Shown here: positions 30,148-40,294 of the stretch, piece by piece | Numbering within the stretch: position 1 is the first letter of the stretch | How the letters are laid out: each line of letters starts with the position of its first letter | NCBI GenBank assembly: GCA_965224485.1 | Contig: CBDCZH010000010.1 | Location: 320,001 to 384,000, forward strand | DNA: 64,000 bases | Source of the DNA: Arcobacteraceae bacterium | GTDB taxonomy: Bacteria > Campylobacterota > Campylobacteria > Campylobacterales > Arcobacteraceae | Direction: 5' to 3' | Translations under genes and position numbers: made by a program | Notes under the pieces: model-generated | Database searches by the model: none | What the model was told of the DNA's origin: nothing | Seen by the model: the letters and a program-made list of their open reading frames with translations, nothing else

Positions 30148-30921
30148 TTATAATAATAGTAATTTATTTTGTTGCTCTAAATCTATAAACCAAAGTTTGC
30201 ATAATATTTTGTATATTTTTATATATGTATTTAGTTTTTTTATATCTTTTGTTTTTACTTTTTTATTGTAAGTTTTTATTAAAATATTTTTTTGTTTTTT
30301 GTTTAGTTTAAACTCATGTGCTATTGTAGCAAGGTCGAAGTATTTGTCATTTACTCCTGCGTATTCGAAGTCTATGAATTTTATTGTTTTTTTGTGAAAT
30401 AGAATGTTTTTTGGGTTTAAATCATGATGTGTTGTTACTAGGTTTATTTTATAGTTTTTTAGTTTTTTTATTTCTTGTTTTAAGATTTTTATTAGAATTT
30501 TTGATTTTTGATTTTTTAAAGATCTTTTATAATATTTTAAATCTTTTTTTAAATCATAAGCTCTTACCTTTGATTTAATTTTATGTAGTTTTTTTATATT
30601 TTTTACTAGTTTCTTTAGTTCTTTATTTTTTAATTTATTTTTATGTTTACCTTCTAAATACGTACAAACCATAAATTTTTTTGTTAAAAGTAAGGGAGCT
30701 GCAGCTAGGTTTTTTCTAGCTGCTTTTTTTTGAGTTTCATATTCAAACTCTCTACTTATATTAACGCTGTTATTATTTTTAAATACTCTTATTAAATACT
30801 TTTTATTTTTGCTTTTTAATAAATAGTTTGTATTACAAAAACCTTGTTCTTTTAAGAGTTCAAGTTTAAGTAGTTTTATATTTTTAAAAAGTTTATATTT
30901 TTTAAGAGTTTTAATAGTCAT
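30148..30921 (-). CDS. choline/thiamine kinase-like phosphotransferase
   Basis: GFCNTNY, HHDLNPKN, IDFEYAG, FDLA. Confidence 0.85.
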   Translation of the reverse strand: MTIKTLKKYKLFKNIKLLKLELLKEQGFCNTNYLLKSKNKKYLIRVFKNNNSVNISREFEYETQKKAARKNLAAAPLLLTKKFMVCTYLEGKHKNKLKNKELKKLVKNIKKLHKIKSKVRAYDLKKDLKYYKRSLKNQKSKILIKILKQEIKKLKNYKINLVTTHHDLNPKNILFHKKTIKFIDFEYAGVNDKYFDLATIAHEFKLNKKQKNILIKTYNKKVKTKDIKKLNTYIKIYKILCKLWFIDLEQQNKLLLL

Positions 30922-31542
30922 TTATAAAACAGCTCTTTCATTCATTAGCTCTTTTTTCCAAGACATATAAGCTACCAGTGCTAAGATAGTATATAGTACA
31001 AATAAGATGGCAGTTAAATAAAAACCTTTTTGTATGTAGATGTATATAGATACAGCATCAATAACAATCCAATAAAGCCAGTTCTCAATAACTTTTTTTG
31101 TTAGCATATATGTAGCAAAAATAGCAAATACTGTTGTAAAAGAGTCCATATAAGCAAAATCTGCTTTAGTATAATTACTCATAATATAACCCAAAACTAA
31201 AGAAAGAATTGTAAGACTTATAATAATGAGTATATTTTTTTTAATAGTATAAGTACTTATGTTTAACTCTTCATTTTCTTTAAGTGCATTTGTATACTTC
31301 CAAGAGTACCAACCATATACTGCCATTAGTAAATAATAAGCATTTAAAAATGAGTCCATTAATAAAGAAGCATCAAAAAATAAAATTGCATAAATTAATG
31401 TTGAGAAGAAAGCAGCCACCCAACACCAAAGTGATTGTTTAATTGCTAGAATGATATAAGCTAAAGATAAAACCATAGCCAAAGCTTCATATGAGCTCAT
31501 GATATTTATAGTTGAGTTAATAGTATCTAATATGTTTTGCAT
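30922..31542 (-). CDS. pnuC: PnuC-family vitamin transporter
   Basis: AVYGWYSW, DSFTT, KVIENWLYWIVID. Confidence 0.9.
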   Translation of the reverse strand: MQNILDTINSTINIMSSYEALAMVLSLAYIILAIKQSLWCWVAAFFSTLIYAILFFDASLLMDSFLNAYYLLMAVYGWYSWKYTNALKENEELNISTYTIKKNILIIISLTILSLVLGYIMSNYTKADFAYMDSFTTVFAIFATYMLTKKVIENWLYWIVIDAVSIYIYIQKGFYLTAILFVLYTILALVAYMSWKKELMNERAVL

Positions 31543-31681
31543 ATAATTTTTTGCCTTGAAATTTAAATTATTGCAATAATAGCTAAAGAATCTAAAAGAA
31601 AAATATATATTTTTCTTTTAAAATAAATCAAAGTTTATATGAATTTAGTTAGACTCTTTTTAAATTTATTTAAGGGTTTAT

Positions 31682-32383
31682 ATGCCAGGAAGATTAGCTA
31701 TATTTGATGATAGTGATTTTAAAAAAGATTTAGAAAATATATTTATTTCTTTTAATGATGAGGTTCTAAGTTTAAAACCCTCATATAATGTAGCACCAAC
31801 AAATCAAATACCAGTTTTTTTAAACTCAAGAAAATATACCCTTGCAAGTTTTGGTTTAATTGCTTCATATGCAAAAAATGATAAAACTATTAATATTAAC
31901 GCAAGATGTGAAACAATTTTTGAAAAAGTCACTTTTAGAGAGTGTTTTAAAAATAAAAGGTGTTTGATTCCTATAAATGGCTTTTATGAATGGAAAACAC
32001 AAAATAAACAAAAACAAGCATTTCTTATATCTCCTTTGAAAAATAAGTATTTAGCCCTTGCAGGTATTTATGAATATTGGTTTGATATGAAAAAAAATAA
32101 AAATATTTTAAGTGTAGCTCTTATAACAACTAATCCAAATGAACTTGTTTCTACAATTCACGATAGAATGCCTGTGATTTTAGAGCAAAAAGATTATAAA
32201 ATGTATTTAGATGAGAATAGTTCTTTAAGTGATCTTAATTCAGTGTTAAAACCATGCTCTAGTGATATTCTACAAACAAAAGAGTTAAGCTCTTATGTAA
32301 ATAGTGTTAAAAATAACTCTAAAAAATGTTTAGAAGATAAAGAAAGTGAAAGTAAAGAATATAAAACTCTTTTTGACTTCTAA
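31682..32383 (+). CDS. SRAP (YedK/HMCES-like) family protein, Pro2 variant
   Basis: YNVAPT, INARCET, RCLIP..GFYEW, IHDRMPVIL, VNSVKNN; N-terminus MPGR instead of MCGR. Confidence 0.92.
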   Translation: MPGRLAIFDDSDFKKDLENIFISFNDEVLSLKPSYNVAPTNQIPVFLNSRKYTLASFGLIASYAKNDKTININARCETIFEKVTFRECFKNKRCLIPINGFYEWKTQNKQKQAFLISPLKNKYLALAGIYEYWFDMKKNKNILSVALITTNPNELVSTIHDRMPVILEQKDYKMYLDENSSLSDLNSVLKPCSSDILQTKELSSYVNSVKNNSKKCLEDKESESKEYKTLFDF

Positions 32384-32387
32384 ACTC

Positions 32388-33443
32388 TTAGAAGTCAAGA
32401 GTAATTTTAAAACAAGAACCATCCTTTATATTAGAAACTTCAATTTTCCCATTACAATGTTTTTCTATAATTGTTTTACAAATATAAAGTCCTAAACCTG
32501 TTCCATTAAGATCTTTTTTTGTTGAGAAATATGGTTCAAATATTTTATTTTTTATTTTTTCATCTATTCCATTTGCATTATCTTTGATATAAATTATTTG
32601 AGAAGTTTCATTTTGTTCAAAATTGATGTTTATTTTTTGATTTTTGATTTCTCTTTGTCTTAAGGCATCTTTTGCATTATTTAAAATATTTAAAATAACT
32701 TGTAATAGCATATTCTTACAAAGTAGTATTTCTTCTAGTTCTAAATCTTCTTGTAGTTCTATATTAATTTCATCATTATTAAGGGAAGGGTTTACTATAT
32801 TAATAGCTTGCTTACTTAAATTTTGTAAATTTACAAACTCTTTAGTTTTATTTTGCTGTAAAAAACCAGTAAAATCATCAATCGTTTTAGACATATACTG
32901 AACATAGTTATTTATCTCATTTATTTTTGTTTTAAAACTTGGAATATCTACATTTTTCATAGCTATTTTTAAATTTAAATTTGCAACAACCGCTGATACT
33001 CTTGTAAGAGGTTGTTTCCATTGATGAGAAATCATAGATATGATTTCCCCCATAGCGGCTAGTCTTGACTGAGTAAGAAGCATTTTCTCTTTTTTCTTTA
33101 ATTCACTTAGGTCAACAATTGAAACCATTTTGAAATCTTTTGCTTTTATTTTTATATCTTTTATTTGAATAATAGCGGGAATTATATTTATATTTTTTGA
33201 TAAAAGAGAAATTTCTTTAAAAGTATTGTGATTATACTCTATGAATTTTTCTTTTGAAGAAGGCAGTAAACAACCACTTGCAAGATTTCCTATGATTTCA
33301 TCTTTTGAATCATATTCTAAGATTTTTAAAAAAGAATTATTTGCATTAACAATGAAACCATCTTTAATTATAATAATACCTTCAATAGTAGCATTAAGTA
33401 TAATATTAATTTCATCAAAAAAATCATCTCGAATATTTTGCAT
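32388..33443 (-). CDS. PAS-domain sensor histidine kinase (cytoplasmic)
   Basis: SHQWKQPL H-box, NNAKDA, DNANGI, FEPYFSTK, GTGLGL; ATG 33443 after AAGGA. Confidence 0.92.
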   Translation of the reverse strand: MQNIRDDFFDEINIILNATIEGIIIIKDGFIVNANNSFLKILEYDSKDEIIGNLASGCLLPSSKEKFIEYNHNTFKEISLLSKNINIIPAIIQIKDIKIKAKDFKMVSIVDLSELKKKEKMLLTQSRLAAMGEIISMISHQWKQPLTRVSAVVANLNLKIAMKNVDIPSFKTKINEINNYVQYMSKTIDDFTGFLQQNKTKEFVNLQNLSKQAINIVNPSLNNDEINIELQEDLELEEILLCKNMLLQVILNILNNAKDALRQREIKNQKININFEQNETSQIIYIKDNANGIDEKIKNKIFEPYFSTKKDLNGTGLGLYICKTIIEKHCNGKIEVSNIKDGSCFKITLDF

Positions 33444-33520
33444 AATAATCCTTATTAGTAATAGAGATAAAATAATAACCAATATAGTATAATTTTATTA
33501 TTAAAAAGTTTGGAGTTATT

Positions 33521-34267
33521 ATGCTTGATTATATATTATTAGAAAAGTATGCAAAAGATATAAAAGTTTTATTTGTTGAAGATGATGAAGCTATTAGAAA
33601 AGAAGTAAAAGAACTTCTATTAAATATCTTCCCAAGTGTAGATACATCCCCTGATGGTAGAGATGCTTATGAAAAATATATAAATTATTATAAAAATAAT
33701 CAAAAAAACTATGAACTTATAATTACTGATATTAAAATGCCAAACTTAGATGGTGTTTCTTTAAGTGAAAAAATATTTGAACATAATGAAGAACAAGAGC
33801 TAATAGTTCTTTCTGCCCATAATGATTCAAAATATTTACTTAGATTAATTAATTTAGGAATTTCTCAATTTATAAGTAAACCAATAGAAATAGAAAAATT
33901 TATATCTGTTATTTATATTATTTGCGAAAGAATATTTTTAAAACAAAACCAAGGAAAAGAAAAAGAGTCTGTTCTAATAACTCTAAGTACTAAACTAGTT
34001 TGGAATAAAGTAACAAAAAAGCTATATGAAGATGAAACTGCAATAAAACTTACAAAGAAAGAACTTTTGTTAATTGAGCTCTTAATAAAAGAAGGAAAAA
34101 CATATACAATTGAAGAAATAATAAAAATTTTATGGTATGATGACGATGAAACAACGCCAGATTCAAAAAATTTAAAAAATATAATTTCTAGACTTCGTAA
34201 AAAAATTCCAGATTTACTTATAGAAAATGTTTATGGTTTTGGATATAGATTAAATCTGTATACCTAA
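33521..34267 (+). CDS. OmpR-family response regulator
   Basis: FVEDD, ITDIKMP, SAH, KP; winged helix RLRKK..NVYGFGY. Confidence 0.93.
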   Translation: MLDYILLEKYAKDIKVLFVEDDEAIRKEVKELLLNIFPSVDTSPDGRDAYEKYINYYKNNQKNYELIITDIKMPNLDGVSLSEKIFEHNEEQELIVLSAHNDSKYLLRLINLGISQFISKPIEIEKFISVIYIICERIFLKQNQGKEKESVLITLSTKLVWNKVTKKLYEDETAIKLTKKELLLIELLIKEGKTYTIEEIIKILWYDDDETTPDSKNLKNIISRLRKKIPDLLIENVYGFGYRLNLYT

Positions 34268-34328
34268 ACTCTTATAAATGATACTTTCTTATGACTTTGT
34301 ATGGCTATACTTTAATTATAAGGAGTAA

Positions 34329-34517
34329 ATGATGAAACTATTAACATTTTTTATTTTTATTACTTTTATTTTTACTTTCCAAGCTTGTTCAAAATCAAGT
34401 GACCCGGATTATATGAAAAAAGAGTGTAAAGAAAAAGGTCTTACATATACAAAGAGAAATATCTTAAATTATAGAACAGGTGAATACGAAATGAGAAGTC
34501 TTTGTGTCTCTAAATAA
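34329..34517 (+). CDS. small lipoprotein
   Basis: AGGAG SD, lipobox FQAC, two additional Cys. Confidence 0.75.
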   Translation: MMKLLTFFIFITFIFTFQACSKSSDPDYMKKECKEKGLTYTKRNILNYRTGEYEMRSLCVSK

Positions 34518-34712
34518 AACTAAGTCTATTTTTAGCTATTTCATTTCGTAGTGTCAACTTTACCTCAATAGTATAAACAAACCTTCTTCTTTCTCTAAAT
34601 TACATAAAAACAATCTTTTTTCTTGGAATTTTATAAAAAAAAGTATTTTATCTTTACTATATTGCAAACATTTAGCATAAGTTTTATAAAATAAAAAATA
34701 CAAAGGTAAATA

Positions 34713-35351
34713 ATGATTGATAATGAAATATTAGAAGAAATAAGTGCAACTTATATAAATCATACAGATTTTAATAAAATAATCAAAGATATAAAAGAAG
34801 ATATAAATATCAATTTTTGGGCAGATAAGTTTTGTAGTGAAAGTTTTTATGCAAACCTTGATTTAGCACAAAGTATGTTTGAATACTCTTTACAAAAATG
34901 TGAAGACTTTAGAGCTTATAAAGAATTAGCTTTTGTTGTTGGTAACTCAAATGCTTACAATGATAAACAATGGGCTAGAAAACTTTTAAATACATCAATT
35001 GTGCAAATAACATCTTTAAGAGACTTAAGAGTTTTAGCAGATGAACTATCTTGTGAAAACTTAGGTTTTTATGATAGAGAAATGGCAAGTTCATTATATA
35101 AAGAAGCTATTGAGAAATCAAACAGTGCTTATGAGTTTTATTGTATTGCAGAATCTTTAGCAAATATAAATTTATTAGATGATGAAACTTGGGCTAGAGA
35201 AATATTTTTAAAAGCAGTAGAAGTTTCACAAAATTCTGATGAACTTACTTATATAGCTGATTGTGTAGCTGATGAAGATGGTTTAAATGATGAAGAATGG
35301 GCCCAAGAGTTATATAAAATAGCTCTAGAATTTGATGGAAGTTGCGAATAA
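34713..35351 (+). CDS. acidic TPR-like helical repeat protein
   Basis: Repeated D..WA..L(Y/F)..A units (DKQWARKLL, DREMASSLY, DETWAREIF, DEEWAQELY). Confidence 0.75.
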   Translation: MIDNEILEEISATYINHTDFNKIIKDIKEDININFWADKFCSESFYANLDLAQSMFEYSLQKCEDFRAYKELAFVVGNSNAYNDKQWARKLLNTSIVQITSLRDLRVLADELSCENLGFYDREMASSLYKEAIEKSNSAYEFYCIAESLANINLLDDETWAREIFLKAVEVSQNSDELTYIADCVADEDGLNDEEWAQELYKIALEFDGSCE

Positions 35352-35352
35352 A

Positions 35353-36315
35353 ATGTCTGTTGCTATTATTTGTTCAGGAGGAGATTGCGCTGGAATGAAT
35401 CCTGCTTTAAAAACTTTTGTAGAAATTCTTAGCTTAAAAAAAATAAAAGCATATTTTATATATGAGGGTTATGAGGGTTTAATAAATAATAATATAAAAG
35501 AAGCTACATATAAAGACGTAAGTAGAATATCCCATCTTGGTGGAACAATAATAAGAACCTCTCGTTCAAAGAGATTTTTTGAATATGAATATAGACAAGA
35601 AGCTTATAATAATTTAAAAAAATTAAATATTTCTAAACTTATAGTTTTAGGAGGAGATGGTTCTTTTAACGCAATGAGTGTTTTTTGTAAAGAGTTTGAT
35701 ATTTCTTTTGTAGGAGTACCAAGTACTATTGATAATGATATTTATAAAAGTGATTATTCTTTAGGTGTAGATACTTGCTTAAATGTAATCAGAAGAGCTT
35801 TAGATGATATAGCTGATACTTCTTCTTCTTTTGCAAGAGCTTTTGTGGTAGAAACTATGGGAAGAGATTGTGGTTATTTAGCTTTAATTTCTTCTTTAAG
35901 TTCAGGGGCTGAAATATGTATTATTCCAGAAATAAAACCTAATTTTACTAAAATTGAAAAACGATTAAAAGAAGAAGTTAAAAATGGAAGAACATATATC
36001 TTAGCTATAGTATCTGAGGGCTCACATTGTACAAAAGAGCTTGCTAGTTTTTTAGAAGACAAAATAAAACTAGAAGCTAGAATTTTAAACCTAGGTCATA
36101 TACAAAGAGGTGGAAACCCAAGTGTAAAAGATAGGTTAATGGCTTATGAATTTATCAATGAAGCATTAAAGGTAATTTTAGGTGCTAAAAAAGTTCAAGG
36201 TATTATTATCTCAAAAGACACAAGATTTGAGTTTTTGCCTATAAAAGAGTTTATAAACAATAAACATGAAATAAAAAAAGAACTTTTAGCCTATGTTCAT
36301 AGATTATCACACTAA
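35353..36315 (+). CDS. pfkA: ATP-dependent 6-phosphofructokinase
   Basis: SGGDCAGMN, GGTII.TSR, GGDGS, PSTIDND, MGRDCG, LGHIQRGG. Confidence 0.95.
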   Translation: MSVAIICSGGDCAGMNPALKTFVEILSLKKIKAYFIYEGYEGLINNNIKEATYKDVSRISHLGGTIIRTSRSKRFFEYEYRQEAYNNLKKLNISKLIVLGGDGSFNAMSVFCKEFDISFVGVPSTIDNDIYKSDYSLGVDTCLNVIRRALDDIADTSSSFARAFVVETMGRDCGYLALISSLSSGAEICIIPEIKPNFTKIEKRLKEEVKNGRTYILAIVSEGSHCTKELASFLEDKIKLEARILNLGHIQRGGNPSVKDRLMAYEFINEALKVILGAKKVQGIIISKDTRFEFLPIKEFINNKHEIKKELLAYVHRLSH

Positions 36316-36376
36316 CTTAAGTTTAATATAATTAAATCTTTTGTACATTACAAATACTAGAATATATAGGAAAAAT

Positions 36377-36658
36377 ATGAATATAGTTAGACAAGAAATT
36401 TATATAGCAAGAAAAGCAAAAAATAAAGAATTGCAAGTTCTTTTATCAAAATTAGTATTGGCAAGTTTATCGTTTGAATCATGTATCTGTTTTGAGATGT
36501 ATCAAAGTGATGATGATATTAATGAGTTTTTAGTTTATTCAGAGTTTAAAGATGATAAAGCTATGAAAGAACATATCAAATTAGTCCAAGATAAAATATT
36601 TAATAACTCTTTTGACGAGTTAGTATTAAAAAAAGAGCTTTTACCAAATTTTGACTAA
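36377..36658 (+). CDS. antibiotic biosynthesis monooxygenase (ABM) family protein
   Basis: E.CI.FEMYQ....EFLVYSEF.D..AM..H pattern; ATG 36377 after AGGA. Confidence 0.7.
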   Translation: MNIVRQEIYIARKAKNKELQVLLSKLVLASLSFESCICFEMYQSDDDINEFLVYSEFKDDKAMKEHIKLVQDKIFNNSFDELVLKKELLPNFD

Positions 36659-36681
36659 AGTTTAGGAAAATTTAATAGCTC

Positions 36682-37182
36682 TTAATATAAGAAGTTGGTT
36701 TTGCCAATTACAATATCATTTGTATTTACAAACCTATCACATTTAACTCCATTTAGGTTTTTACAAATATTACTCCATTTTAAACTATGTCCTGCTTTTG
36801 ATGAGGTGAAATCTTTAAAAATAAACATCAAAGCATGAGCATATTCATGTGGCATAACATCTTTAATCATATACTCACTACTTTCTTGAAATCTTTTTTT
36901 ATTTAAAAATATTGCAATTTTACCTTTTTTATCAATTGTTGCCATTCCAAAGAGTGAAGACTTCAATTTATTACTTATAATAATAGGAATATTTTTTCTT
37001 ATATCATATTTTTCATATGCAAGATTTCTTAATTCTATTGTTTTTGCTCTAATTTCTTTTTTAAGTTTTAGTGATAAATCATTATTTTTAAAAGTATAAT
37101 TCTTGTATAAGGAAAAAACTAAAAATATAGAAGAAGAAAATATTAAAAGAATAAAGAAAAATTTTAATTTTTTTATAAACAA
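36682..37182 (-). CDS. SprT-like zinc metalloprotease
   Basis: HEYAH, GHSLKW; N-terminal TM. Confidence 0.85.
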   Translation of the reverse strand: MFIKKLKFFFILLIFSSSIFLVFSLYKNYTFKNNDLSLKLKKEIRAKTIELRNLAYEKYDIRKNIPIIISNKLKSSLFGMATIDKKGKIAIFLNKKRFQESSEYMIKDVMPHEYAHALMFIFKDFTSSKAGHSLKWSNICKNLNGVKCDRFVNTNDIVIGKTNFLY

Positions 37183-37313
37183 GTTACATCCAATCTAAGT
37201 GCAGTCTAGTTTCACGCTATTTTTAATACAACTAAGCTAATTTTATCACAATATCATATGAATATCACCTCTTCTTACTAGAATCAAATTATATAAAAAA
37301 ATTAGGAGAAAAT

Positions 37314-39005
37314 ATGGATATTAGTCTACAAGCATTTTATGCTGCTTTACCAATATTTGTCGCAGCGGTACTTTTAGTAGGTCTTAAAATACCTGCAAAA
37401 AAAGCAATGCCAGTTGTTTATTTAGTTACATCACTTGTGGCTTATTTAGTTTGGGAAGTTTCTTTTAATAGAATTCTAGCTTCATCTATTCAAGGTCTTC
37501 TTATTACAGTTGCAGTTTTATGGATTATATTTGGAGCTATTTTGCTTTTAAATACATTAAAACACTCAGGTGCAATTGCTGTAATTAGACAAGGTTTTAA
37601 TAATGTTAGTCCTGATAGAAGAGTTCAAGTTATTATAGTAGCTTGGTTATTTGGATCATTTATTGAAGGTGCTTCTGGTTTTGGAACACCTGCTGCAATA
37701 GCAGCTCCTTTAATGGTTGCAATTGGTTTTCCAGCAATGGCTGCTGTTATGATTGGAATGATGATTCAATCAACACCTGTATCTTTTGGTGCAGTTGGAA
37801 CTCCAATTTTAATAGGAGTTAATAAGGGTTTAGATTCTCAAGGTATTGGTGAAACTCTTAGTTCACTTGGTTCTTCATGGGATATTTATTTACAAATTAT
37901 TACTTCAGAAGTTGCAATTGTTCATGCTGTTGTAGGAACATTTATACCTTTATTTATGATTGTTATGATGACTAGATTCTTTGGTCAAAATAGATCCTGG
38001 AGCGAAGGTTTATCTATTATTCCTTTTGCTATTTTTGCAGGACTTGCTTTTACTATTCCTTATGCTTTAACGGGTATTTTTTTAGGAGCTGAGTTTCCTT
38101 CTTTAATAGGAGCACTTGTAGGTTTACCTCTTGTGACTTTTGCTGCTAAAAAAGGTTTTTTAATTCCTAAAGATATTTGGGATTTTGCACCAAAAGAAAA
38201 ATGGCCTCTTCATTGGGTTAGTAAGTTTGAGCTTAAGCTAGATTCTTTAAGCTCTAAAGTTCCTATGTCTTTAAGTAAAGCTTGGCTTCCTTATGTTTTA
38301 GTTGCTGTTATCTTGGTAATTACAAGAGTTTGGGATCAGGCAAATGCTTTTGTTAAATCTTGGGTAATTCCATTTAAAGATATTTTAGGGGAGGGTGTTT
38401 CTTATACTATTACTCCTTTATATCTTCCAGGTGGTATTTTAGTATTTGTAGTTCTTTTAACATATTTTATTCACTCTATGAAGTTTTTTGAAATAAAAGA
38501 AGCCATAAGTGAATCTTCAAAAGTTATGTTAGGAGCAGGGTTTGTTCTTGTTTTTACAATTCCACTAGTTAGAATTTTAATTAACTCAGGAATAAATGAT
38601 GCAGGTTTAGACTCTATGCCTGTAGCAATGGCTAATTATGTTGCTGCTTCTGTTGGTGATATTTATCCACTATTTGCTCCTTTTGTTGGTGCCCTTGGCG
38701 CATTTATAGCTGGAAGTAATACTGTATCAAATATGATGTTATCTCAGTACCAGTTTGGTGTTGCTGATGCGCTTGGACTTTCAACTGCGTTTATGGTTGC
38801 ACTTCAAGCAGTAGGAGCTGCTGCTGGAAATATGATTGCTATTCATAATGTAGTTGCCGCATCTGCAACTGTTGGTTTATTAGATCAAGAAGGACAAACA
38901 TTAAGAAGAACAATAATTCCAACAATTTATTATTGTTTCTTTGCTGGAGTTATTGGTTTAATTGGTATGTATTTTATACCTTTAATAGATCCTTTAATGA
39001 AATAA
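37314..39005 (+). CDS. lctP: L-lactate permease
   Basis: [38 protein letters not shown]. Confidence 0.93.
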   Translation: MDISLQAFYAALPIFVAAVLLVGLKIPAKKAMPVVYLVTSLVAYLVWEVSFNRILASSIQGLLITVAVLWIIFGAILLLNTLKHSGAIAVIRQGFNNVSPDRRVQVIIVAWLFGSFIEGASGFGTPAAIAAPLMVAIGFPAMAAVMIGMMIQSTPVSFGAVGTPILIGVNKGLDSQGIGETLSSLGSSWDIYLQIITSEVAIVHAVVGTFIPLFMIVMMTRFFGQNRSWSEGLSIIPFAIFAGLAFTIPYALTGIFLGAEFPSLIGALVGLPLVTFAAKKGFLIPKDIWDFAPKEKWPLHWVSKFELKLDSLSSKVPMSLSKAWLPYVLVAVILVITRVWDQANAFVKSWVIPFKDILGEGVSYTITPLYLPGGILVFVVLLTYFIHSMKFFEIKEAISESSKVMLGAGFVLVFTIPLVRILINSGINDAGLDSMPVAMANYVAASVGDIYPLFAPFVGALGAFIAGSNTVSNMMLSQYQFGVADALGLSTAFMVALQAVGAAAGNMIAIHNVVAASATVGLLDQEGQTLRRTIIPTIYYCFFAGVIGLIGMYFIPLIDPLMK

Positions 39006-39008
39006 AGC

Positions 39009-39039
39009 ATATAAAGAGAAGATTTTCTTCTCTTTATAT
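39009..39039 (+). terminator. terminator hairpin after lctP
   Basis: ATATAAAGAGAAGA-TTT-TCTTCTCTTTATAT. Confidence 0.75.
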
Positions 39040-39136
39040 TATAAATAACTTAATAATAAAAGTTATTTTAAAATATATTATTAGCTAATGTAAAATCTTG
39101 TATAATTTTTTATCTGTATAGATAAAAGGTTTTGTT

Positions 39137-40294
39137 ATGAATGGTACTATTGGCATTTCAGTACAAACAAAGTATATTGTTGTAGTTATCATTACAATTT
39201 TATTCTTATCAATTGCAACCTTAATTGGTTCAATTCTCACAATAAATAAAATTTCACAAGATAATATAAATAATTATAAAAATGATGTATATTTAAAAAC
39301 TCAAAAAGAGCTTGCTAACTATGTACAAGTAACTTTACACACTATTGATTCTTTTTATAAAAGAAGCTCAAAAGAAAAAGTAAAATTTGAAGTAAAAACC
39401 CACTTAGAAGAGCAAATGTTTTTACTTTTTTCTGCAATCAAACAACAATATAAGGCTCATAAAAATATTATGAGTGAAGAAGAGTTAAAAACTGATATAA
39501 AAGAGTTAATTAAAGCTATGAGATATGGTGAAAATGGTTATTTTTGGATAAATGATTTAGATGCTAAAATGATAATGCACCCAATTCAGACATCATTAAA
39601 CAATAAAAATTTATTTTCTTTTCGTGATAAAAATGGAAAAAAGATTTTTAAAGAATTTGTAAAAATTGCAAAAGAAAAAGAAGAAGGTTTCCTCTCTTAT
39701 GTTTGGCCAAAACCAGGATTTGAAGAAGCTCAAGAAAAAGTATCTTTTGTTAAACTTTTTAAAGAATTTTCATGGGTGATTGGAACGGGAGAATATATTG
39801 AAGACGTAAGTGAAAGACTAAAAGAAGAAGCAATAAAGACTATTTCACAAATAAGATATGGTGTAAATGGTTATTTTTGGATTAATACTTCTGAACCTAG
39901 AATGGTCATGCATGCAATTCTACCCCAACTTAATGGAAAAGATTTAAGTAATATTCAAGATGCTAATGGTTTGTATTTATTTAAAGAATTTGCAAGAATT
40001 GCGAATGAAAAAAAAGATGGGGCTATTGTTAAATATATGTGGCCAAAACCAGGATATAAAGATGCCCAAAGAAAATTCTCTTATGTTCAAAAGTTTGAAC
40101 CTTGGGATTGGATTGTAGGAACGGGTGCTTATGTTGATGAAGTTGAAGAAAAAGTTTCACTAATGAAGAAAAAAACACAAAGAGGTATTAACATCATTAT
40201 TATTGCATCTGCTATAATATTTATAATAGTATTAGTTGCTATTTCTTTAATAACATTAGCAATATCAACAAAAGACGATAGTAGAAGAGTATAA
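39137..40294 (+). CDS. Cache_2-domain membrane sensor lacking a cytoplasmic output domain
   Basis: Two RYG.NGYFWIN..MH..D.NG..Y.WPKPG..K.S.V..F..W.W..GTG.Y repeats between two TMs; ends about 9 aa after TM2. Confidence 0.85.
   Translation: MNGTIGISVQTKYIVVVIITILFLSIATLIGSILTINKISQDNINNYKNDVYLKTQKELANYVQVTLHTIDSFYKRSSKEKVKFEVKTHLEEQMFLLFSAIKQQYKAHKNIMSEEELKTDIKELIKAMRYGENGYFWINDLDAKMIMHPIQTSLNNKNLFSFRDKNGKKIFKEFVKIAKEKEEGFLSYVWPKPGFEEAQEKVSFVKLFKEFSWVIGTGEYIEDVSERLKEEAIKTISQIRYGVNGYFWINTSEPRMVMHAILPQLNGKDLSNIQDANGLYLFKEFARIANEKKDGAIVKYMWPKPGYKDAQRKFSYVQKFEPWDWIVGTGAYVDEVEEKVSLMKKKTQRGINIIIIASAIIFIIVLVAISLITLAISTKDDSRRV

Noticed and set aside
30148..30921. Extreme Lys/poly-A richness as a repeat or phase-variable locus
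   Set aside because: Frame is intact with kinase motifs; reflects AT bias
31543..31681. TPP or other riboswitch upstream of pnuC
   Set aside because: No CTGAGA or other aptamer core seen; region is short and nearly all A/T
34278..34306. ATGA(TA)CTTT-like repeats before the small lipoprotein gene
   Set aside because: Irregular spacing and low information content
34500..34660. Possible minus-strand sRNA or 15-aa peptide (MTLRNEIAKNRLSFI)
   Set aside because: No convincing structure, terminator or coding evidence
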